In this document: piece by piece, positions 29,270 through 35,254 of the stretch | Layout: each line of letters begins with the position of its first letter | Numbering within the stretch: position 1 is the stretch's first letter | DNA from: Candidatus Cloacimonadota bacterium | Lineage (GTDB): Bacteria; Cloacimonadota; Cloacimonadia; Cloacimonadales; WRIO01 | DNA length: 35,254 nt | Direction: 5' to 3' | Assembly (NCBI GenBank): GCA_029564175.1 | Contig: JAKQQL010000350.1 | Span: forward strand, 1-35,254 | The notes under the pieces: generated by a model | What the model was told of the DNA's origin: nothing | Database searches by the model: none | The model's input: only the letters and a program-made list of their open reading frames with translations | Made by a program: the position numbers and the translations under genes

Positions 29270-29870
29270 ATTTTAAATCTCTGAAGCATCGTTTCAGCGC
29301 TCCGAAGTGTCTCTTAGAGAAATATAGGAGTGTCTCGAAGACATAATTGAATGTCATTTCTAAATTTAAAATTATGAAGCATAATATAATTAAGCGTTTA
29401 CTTAGGGAAGCGGTCAAAACGCTTAATTATATTATAAAACGAATGAATCTGACAAAATCCAAAGTGCGCAAAGCACTTCAAATAAAGATGAATGAAATCT
29501 ACAATAACTAAAACATCTGCCGAAGGCAGATACCAAATAAGCTGAGCTTTCGCAATCCGCTGAAAGCGGTGCGAAAATCGAAGCGTAAAAAAGTAGGATG
29601 AGCGAGTGCTCAAATCAGAAGATGAATGATATCAGCTAACATCAAAACGTCTGTCAAAGACAGACACTAAGGCGGTAGGAAAACCGCCATCGAGGCGCTT
29701 CAATATCCGACAGGAAGTCGGAATAAAAGCGCCTCGTTAATAAGCGCAGATTTTCGCAATCCTCCGAAGGAGGTGCGAAAGTTATGTCGCGACAAAGAGC
29801 GGGCGGGGATTTCAAAAGGGGCGGGGCTGGCGACTGAAGCCCGGTCCCTTTTGATCTTTTTTTATTTCTT
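29270..29870 (-). other. Hairpin-dense, GC-enriched non-coding region; candidate structured RNA or array of palindromic repeat units
   Basis: Back-to-back stem-loops at 29649-29665, 29671-29688, 29693-29734 (nested), 29752-29780 and 29785-29794. Further stem-loops lie at 29515-29531 and 29548-29577, among others. Modules 29548-29577 and 29752-29780 share TTTCGCAAT-stem-loop-stem-T-GCGAAA with compensatory inner-stem changes. Read on the minus strand, the loops are C(UUCG)G tetraloops. The only ORFs are short and Cys/Arg/Leu-rich. Confidence 0.35.
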
Positions 29871-30743
29871 CCCGAAAATTCCCTTAACAGTTTCAAGAAT
29901 ATCAGGCGGAATCATTATAAACTTTGCATTCTGTGATTCACTGATTTTAGTGAGACCCTTTACATATTCCTGTCCGATCAAATAAACAAGAGGGTCTCCG
30001 CCGGTAGATTTCAGTGATTCGGAAACCATTCTGACAGCATTAGCTTCAGCTTCAGCAAGTCTTTCGCGTGCTTCTGCATCTCTCATTGCCGCTTCCTTTC
30101 TCGCTTCCGCTTCCAAAATCTGAGCAAGCTTAACACCCTGAGCTTCTTTCTCCGCAGCTTCTTTCTTTGCTTCAGCTTCAAGAACACGTGCGCGTCTTTC
30201 ACGTTCTGCCTTCAGCTGAAGAGCCATCGCTTTAGCAAGTTCTGCCGGAGGCGCAATATCTTTAAGTTCAACACGCGTGATTTTAGTTCCCCACGAATCC
30301 GTAGCGTCATCAAGAACAACAAGAAGTTCTTTGTTTATTTTTTCACGCAGTGAAAGCGATTCATCAAGAGTCATTTTACCCATTATCGAACGGAGTGTTG
30401 TCTGGGCAAGATTCATTATCGCCCATTCAAGATCCTGAATTCCGTAAAAGGATTTATAAGGATCCATTACCTTAAAGTAAACCACTCCGTCAACTTCAAG
30501 TATCGCGTTATCAGAAGTGATTATTCCCTGGCGGGGCATATCAAGAACACGCTCACGGATATCCACTTTTTTAGAAATTTTCGATAGAAGCGGATTAATA
30601 AGATTTAAACCGGGATTCAAAGTTGCCACGTATTTCCCTAGTCTTTCAACAACCCAGTTTTCTGCCTGCGGTACAACACGCACGCATTTAAAAAAAATGA
30701 CAATAGCAAAAAACCCAAGTGCTACAATAAGAACTTTCTCCAT
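29862..30743 (-). CDS. SPFH / band-7 (stomatin-prohibitin-like) membrane protein
   Basis: 293 aa. N-terminal TM, an SPFH core (RVELKDI...) and an Ala/Glu/Lys/Arg-rich coiled-coil tail. Confidence 0.85.
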   Translation of the reverse strand: MEKVLIVALGFFAIVIFFKCVRVVPQAENWVVERLGKYVATLNPGLNLINPLLSKISKKVDIRERVLDMPRQGIITSDNAILEVDGVVYFKVMDPYKSFYGIQDLEWAIMNLAQTTLRSIMGKMTLDESLSLREKINKELLVVLDDATDSWGTKITRVELKDIAPPAELAKAMALQLKAERERRARVLEAEAKKEAAEKEAQGVKLAQILEAEARKEAAMRDAEARERLAEAEANAVRMVSESLKSTGGDPLVYLIGQEYVKGLTKISESQNAKFIMIPPDILETVKGIFGKK

Positions 30744-31213
30744 TATTTACCTCCATTTACTTTTTTCACAAGAAGCTTTATTCCGCGGGATTCAAGAACC
30801 TCAACCTCTGAACCTTCAGGAATTGATTCTTCAGATTCAGCCTGCCAGATTTTCAAACTGTGATAGACAGAATACAATTCAACCTCGCCCGAACGATGAG
30901 GTTCGATAGCAGTTTTTGCAATTCCGCGCAATTTTAATAATGTCGGATCACGCGATTCGTCAGTTAAATTTTTACCAAAATGTTTCTTGAAATACAAATG
31001 CCATAAAAGAAGAAAAAGAAGTGAAGAACACAGAAATATTATCCAGGGAAATGTTCCGTCTGAGGGAACGCCGGCAAAAACGCAAATTGAAGTAATTACG
31101 GCACCGACACCGAACCAGAAAATAACAAATCCCGGAACTAAAATTTCCAACGCAATAATAATCAGTCCGGCAGCAAGCCAGAGTAAAGCTGGAGAAGGCA
31201 TAACACACTCCAT
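30743..31213 (-). CDS. NfeD-family membrane protein (partner of SPFH protein)
   Basis: 156 aa. Three N-terminal TM helices and a C-terminal OB-fold-like domain. Its stop overlaps the SPFH start by 1 nt, the classic nfeD-SPFH operon arrangement. Confidence 0.8.
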   Translation of the reverse strand: MECVMPSPALLWLAAGLIIIALEILVPGFVIFWFGVGAVITSICVFAGVPSDGTFPWIIFLCSSLLFLLLWHLYFKKHFGKNLTDESRDPTLLKLRGIAKTAIEPHRSGEVELYSVYHSLKIWQAESEESIPEGSEVEVLESRGIKLLVKKVNGGK

Positions 31214-31494
31214 AATTATGATTTTATATTCTATAAATTAACATTTATATATCAAGAAAAAAAAATTCCGGCAAATAAAAACTCAAAAGAAATGATATAA
31301 TAAATAAATATATATTGAACGGCAAATAACCTTTATTACTCTTGATAAAAGCCTAAATCGCCTCATACTTTCAATCGGCCGCCTTCTACAACCGATACAT
31401 TATTCTATCTTCATTTTTTTTCAGTCTACGTATTCTCCACGATGCGGATTTCGTCTGATTATGTTATCAATAATAGCAAATAAGGAGTTTTAAT

Positions 31495-31890
31495 ATGAAG
31501 AAAAAAATTCAACAGACTATTATCATGGTATTAATTGCAGTTATTCCGCTTTTATTGTCATGTAACGCAGAAGACAGTGAAGAAAGCAGAATCTATGTAA
31601 CAGATTCTACTCCGCTTGACTCATACGAAATTACCGCTCTTTATGTTGTTGAAAGCCCGAATGGTTATTCCGGCAATTGGGGGTCAAGCATCCTAGACGG
31701 AAATTCAGACGGCCCTTTCGGATGGCAGCAATATACCTTTGAACCAGGGGAATATGACTACCGCATAGAATTCAACGACGGATCAAACCAGTACATTGAA
31801 CACTTCGGCATGACAGCAAAAGACAAAAGAGGACTTAAATTTGACATGGATGGCCACAATTTATTCACTACAACTTTCACATTTGAGTAA
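31495..31890 (+). CDS. Hypothetical lipoprotein
   Basis: 131 aa with lipobox LLLSC. Preceded by AAGGAG 7 nt upstream of the ATG and followed by a strong terminator. Confidence 0.6.
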   Translation: MKKKIQQTIIMVLIAVIPLLLSCNAEDSEESRIYVTDSTPLDSYEITALYVVESPNGYSGNWGSSILDGNSDGPFGWQQYTFEPGEYDYRIEFNDGSNQYIEHFGMTAKDKRGLKFDMDGHNLFTTTFTFE

Positions 31891-31895
31891 TACAG

Positions 31896-31928
31896 AAAAC
31901 CGCTGCATTTTCAACGCAGCGGTTTTTT
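31896..31928. terminator. Bidirectional rho-independent terminator
   Basis: aaaaccgctgc-(9-nt loop)-gcagcggtttttt is a perfect 11-bp stem flanked by an A-run and a T-run. It sits between convergent genes ending at 31890 (+) and 31929 (-). Confidence 0.8.
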
Positions 31929-32747
31929 CTAAAGCATTTTTATTTTCGAAAAAAGAGACTCTGCAGCCGACTCAAAACAATTAATTAGATCTTTGTCAAG
32001 AGCCCTGTGATCATAACCTTCATAACTTTTTTCTATCACCATTTTCGACTTCGAAATTTCTATGGTTTTCCAAATCAGATTGGAATTTTTGCTGTAAACA
32101 GAACAAGTCAGAATCACAGCTGCAGAAATAGGACGCGGATGTTTCAACCCTGCGCTCTTTTGCTCTTTCAGAAACTGAATATCGATTACAACAAATCCGG
32201 AAACATTAAGTTCATCACATAAAGAAGTCATAAGAGCAGAGTTCCCGTAGTCTATTCTTCCGAAACCATCGGGATAATAAATATTATTTTCATCAGATGA
32301 TTCATTTTTTGAAAAAGTCATATATTTTCTATTCTTCAAAACTTTTTCAAACGGTATAAGTTTTATTTTTGATGATGAAAATTCACGTTCAATTACAGGA
32401 AGTACACCAGCCATCAAAGATGCAACAGGATGAGTAGAAAGTCTTTCATCTGAACGAGTCATTTCAACGGGACTCTCTCCCCCATGAGTCCGACCGGGCA
32501 TCTTAAGTGTCCCAATCGCATTATCCTCTTCATCACGGCTTGTGTCATCATAATAAGATACATGATGGTTTGAAGAAATTACCACAAGAGCATAAAAGTC
32601 TCCATCATTTAAATTAATTCTTTTTCCGCTAAATGTACATGCAGAAAGAAAAAGACAGAATATCACAATAAACTTAATCAGCTTCATGGAACACCTCGAA
32701 AAAGCAAATCGCGGAATCCATATTATCGATTCAGCGATTTGCTTCAA
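31929..32747 (-). CDS. Hypothetical lipoprotein
   Basis: 272 aa with lipobox FLSAC. The start is more likely at M21 (32687, MKLIKFIV...). No recognisable catalytic motifs. Confidence 0.5.
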   Translation of the reverse strand: MKQIAESIIWIPRFAFSRCSMKLIKFIVIFCLFLSACTFSGKRINLNDGDFYALVVISSNHHVSYYDDTSRDEEDNAIGTLKMPGRTHGGESPVEMTRSDERLSTHPVASLMAGVLPVIEREFSSSKIKLIPFEKVLKNRKYMTFSKNESSDENNIYYPDGFGRIDYGNSALMTSLCDELNVSGFVVIDIQFLKEQKSAGLKHPRPISAAVILTCSVYSKNSNLIWKTIEISKSKMVIEKSYEGYDHRALDKDLINCFESAAESLFSKIKML

Positions 32748-32766
32748 GAATAATTTAACATCATAT

Positions 32767-33681
32767 TTACTGATATAAAATAAGTCCCGGCTGTGGCGAT
32801 AATGCCAGAACTTCTTCGGGCTTCATAATCGGACGGTCGAAATGAACTCCGCGTTTATTAGAATAATGCATCCAAAGTTTAAAAGCCTTATAAGGTATAT
32901 TAACGACTTTCGCATTGCGCTCATGTGTCGCAATCTTAATGCCGGGTTTTCCCCAGCCGGATGTTGAATGAACCAGCATAACAGGATCATAGTCGGATTT
33001 CACTTTTGTAATATTGCGGACCATTTTTTTATGGAACTGATGAAATACCAGCTGACGTTTACCTTTTATATTATTTAAAAGAATATAATCCTGCATTGTT
33101 TTCTGAGCAGCATTAAGCTCATCAGCCGTAACAGAACCTATTTCCTTCATCGGGCGGCGCGTACGCCATTCTACATCAATAGCGAGATGAACATTTGAAT
33201 GTTTTAAAAATGGAAGAATTCTTTCAACCGCTTCGGTAACTTTATATTTTCCGATCTGATGATCTATATAAACAAGAAATCCGTTCTCGTAAGCGAATTT
33301 GATGTATGACTCAATTACTTCATCTTTAACAAAATTAATTTCACCCAAAGGCTGACATGTCCCGTAAACTATATAAATAGCCGGAATAACTCCTTTATCG
33401 CCGTTTACTTTATCATATTCAGCAGCTTTTTCTCTCAGCATTTCCGCAAGTTTTTCTTTCGAGAAACGTCCGAGAACTCCCATTATTTTTGAATTGGGAT
33501 TTCCGTAAAAACCGACTACATGATTTTTTTCAAAAAGATCAGGAGCTGTAAACTGCTCATCAAGAGAAGGAGTCTCTATTTCTGCGATCGATTTTTCTGG
33601 AGAAATATCAGATTCGCCATTAACAGTAAAAGCAGCTATAATTAAAACAAACGCAATTAATACTTTCTTCATTTTCAACAC
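32767..33681 (-). CDS. Hypothetical secreted protein
   Basis: 304 aa with a signal peptide. No motif I can assign with confidence. Confidence 0.55.
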   Translation of the reverse strand: MLKMKKVLIAFVLIIAAFTVNGESDISPEKSIAEIETPSLDEQFTAPDLFEKNHVVGFYGNPNSKIMGVLGRFSKEKLAEMLREKAAEYDKVNGDKGVIPAIYIVYGTCQPLGEINFVKDEVIESYIKFAYENGFLVYIDHQIGKYKVTEAVERILPFLKHSNVHLAIDVEWRTRRPMKEIGSVTADELNAAQKTMQDYILLNNIKGKRQLVFHQFHKKMVRNITKVKSDYDPVMLVHSTSGWGKPGIKIATHERNAKVVNIPYKAFKLWMHYSNKRGVHFDRPIMKPEEVLALSPQPGLILYQ

Positions 33682-33759
33682 CTGTTACTATTTACGGACG
33701 ATAGCAACTTAAGATTCAGAAAAAAATAAATTACAGATGAAAAAAGAAAAATCCTCTAC

Positions 33760-34782
33760 TTATCTAAGATATTTGCGCGGATTTACAGTATTGCCGTTTC
33801 TAATGATTTCAAAATGCAAATGAGGACCGGAAGAAAGTCCGGAATTTCCGCTCTGGGCAATTCCCTGACCCTGTTTAACATACTGGCCGCGTCTTACATA
33901 TATTCTGGAAAGATGTCCGTACAGAGTTTTGTGTCCGCCCGGATGCGCAATTACAACTGCGTTTCCATAGCCGCCCATCCAGCCTGCGTATGTTACTTTG
34001 CCGTATTTTGATGCCCTTACCGGAGCAAATACAACACCAATGTCGATTCCGCTGTGAAAATGCCTTCCGCCGCGTATCGGATGTATCCGCCAGCCGAAAC
34101 TGCTGGTTATGCGGCGGCTCGAAACCGGCCACATGAATGCTGCAATAATATTCTGGGGTTTCGCATCCGGAATAAAGATCTCAGTGCCGGTTGTAAGAAC
34201 TGTTGTATAAGTCAGATTATTTTCAGCAGCAATTTTATCCGCATTAACTTTGTAATTTGAAGCGATTCGCTGAATGGTATCGCCTTTTTTTATTTTATAT
34301 ACTATTCCGTCTTTATTCGGAATATTCAGCACCTGTCCGACATGTATAATGTCATAAGACGGAAGTTTATTTGATCCGCAGATAGTATCAACAGACACAC
34401 CGTATTCTTTCGCTATCTCGCCGAGAGTATCTCCGTCTTTTACCTTATATTGGGATATTTTCAAAGATGAAGAGTCTTCAGGATCGGAATAATTCGTATC
34501 TTCAGAATAAACTATGGAATCTTTTAATTTTTCGTCTTCTTCCTGAACAATATGAGTATCACCTCTTGACATGTATACGATTGACGCGGCAAGAGAAGCC
34601 ATTGACATAAAAAAGACTCCGGCTGCTACAGCCAAAGTCTTTCGCCAGTGAAAAACAAACGGTGAACTAATACGTTTTACTTTAACATTTCTCGCAGTAT
34701 AGATAACGAGGATTAAATTATCCTCGAAGCGGGAAAATGAAATCTTTCGTAAGCCGAATAATTTAATCTGAAATTCTTTCAT
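33760..34782 (-). CDS. LysM-domain M23-family metallopeptidase (murein endopeptidase)
   Basis: 340 aa. Two LysM repeats (VKDGDTLGEIAKEYGV; IKKGDTIQRIASNYKV) and the M23 motifs HSGIDIG and HLHFEI. Confidence 0.85.
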   Translation of the reverse strand: MKEFQIKLFGLRKISFSRFEDNLILVIYTARNVKVKRISSPFVFHWRKTLAVAAGVFFMSMASLAASIVYMSRGDTHIVQEEDEKLKDSIVYSEDTNYSDPEDSSSLKISQYKVKDGDTLGEIAKEYGVSVDTICGSNKLPSYDIIHVGQVLNIPNKDGIVYKIKKGDTIQRIASNYKVNADKIAAENNLTYTTVLTTGTEIFIPDAKPQNIIAAFMWPVSSRRITSSFGWRIHPIRGGRHFHSGIDIGVVFAPVRASKYGKVTYAGWMGGYGNAVVIAHPGGHKTLYGHLSRIYVRRGQYVKQGQGIAQSGNSGLSSGPHLHFEIIRNGNTVNPRKYLR

Positions 34783-34824
34783 TTTGTTAACGATACTTTT
34801 TTATTATCGTCAGAAAGTCCAGAA

Positions 34825-35235
34825 CTATTTATTTTCCTTGGTAGTAACCCCGGAATAATTATCCTCGATAAATTTTTCAACATCGCGCTTGTGAGCGCCT
34901 GTAATACAGGTATTTCCCTTAAAAACAACGCCTTTCATAATATTTATGCTCGGAGCATAAATATCTCCAAGAACCTTTGCAGTTTCAAGAAGACGGACTT
35001 CTTCGCGTGCAGTAATATTTCCGACGACAACACCGGCAACAACCACTGATCTCGCCTCAATATTTGTCTTAACTTTCCCTGATTCGCCGACAACCAGCTC
35101 GTCATCAGTCTTAATCTCACCCTCAAATTTTCCGTCGATTTTAAGAGAACCGCTGATATAAAACTTGCCCTCAAAAACCGAGCCTTCGCCGATTGTGCTG
35201 TTGAGAAGATCATTTCTTGCCATAAAATTCCTCAA
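34825..35235 (-). CDS. Bactofilin-family cytoskeletal protein
   Basis: 136 aa of β-helical repeat with repeated G-x-V/I-x-G pattern (GEIKTDDELVVGESGKVKTNIEARSVVVAGVVVGNI). Confidence 0.8.
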   Translation of the reverse strand: MRNFMARNDLLNSTIGEGSVFEGKFYISGSLKIDGKFEGEIKTDDELVVGESGKVKTNIEARSVVVAGVVVGNITAREEVRLLETAKVLGDIYAPSINIMKGVVFKGNTCITGAHKRDVEKFIEDNYSGVTTKENK

Positions 35236-35254
35236 TATAAATAGAGTATTGAAT

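Noticed and set aside
29730-29750. GTTAAT-containing segment as an integron attC site
   Set aside because: It does not satisfy the R'' RYYYAAC / R' GTTRRRY core pairing, and there is no integrase gene nearby.
29270-29870. Could the structured region be tmRNA, RNase P RNA, SRP RNA, 5S rRNA or a hammerhead ribozyme?
   Set aside because: On neither strand are there P4-type RNase P motifs (GGAAAGUCCGG / ACAGAACCCGGCUUA), a tRNA-like T-arm with CCA end, a tag-peptide reading frame ending in ALAA-stop, an SRP domain IV consensus or a CUGAUGA core. A different, unrecognised family remains possible.
29178-29896. Three short minus-strand ORFs (79, 71 and 80 aa)
   Set aside because: They lie inside the hairpin-rich GC-spike region. 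They are Cys/Arg/Leu/Phe-rich, have no motifs, and their reading frames simply follow the palindromes.
1-35254. CRISPR arrays, tRNA or rRNA genes
   Set aside because: There are no regularly spaced identical direct repeats. No T-arm (GGTTCGAATCC-like) or conserved rRNA motifs were found on either strand.

Overview
This is an AT-rich (about 33% GC) bacterial window, probably Bacteroidetes or Ignavibacteria-like. About 25 kb of it (2723-27418) is one minus-strand gene cluster of 22 tightly packed, often overlapping CDSs. Together they look like a flexirubin / aryl-polyene (APE) type pigment-lipid biosynthetic cluster. It encodes an aromatic amino-acid ammonia-lyase with the MIO Ala-Ser-Gly motif, a PaaK-family CoA ligase, several KS and KS-like proteins and two ACPs. 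It also encodes a FabG-type ketoreductase, two hotdog dehydratases and a hotdog thioesterase. Further genes are LpxL-like and PlsC-like acyltransferases, a GT2 glycosyltransferase, an MMPL exporter and a LolA-like carrier with a partner lipoprotein. The remaining genes are a polysaccharide deacetylase, a B12-binding radical SAM enzyme, two paralogous CrtI-family flavoproteins and a C45 Ntn acyltransferase. The most unusual gene in the cluster is a single 1290-aa ORF fusing MMPL exporter, PlsC acyltransferase and SAM methyltransferase domains. A hybrid sensor kinase (16-2481, plus strand) converges on the cluster end. Upstream of the cluster's first gene lies an IS200-like element whose tnpA is interrupted by one in-frame TGA. 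After it come a small secreted protein gene and then a roughly 600-nt GC-enriched, ORF-poor region packed with stem-loops. Two of those stem-loops are paralogous modules with compensatory base changes, and the minus strand carries cUUCGg tetraloops. The region lies immediately 3' of an NfeD-SPFH operon and is my best candidate for an undescribed structured RNA or repeat element. The window ends with lipoprotein and secreted-protein genes, a LysM-M23 peptidase and a bactofilin. I found no CRISPR array, tRNA or rRNA.
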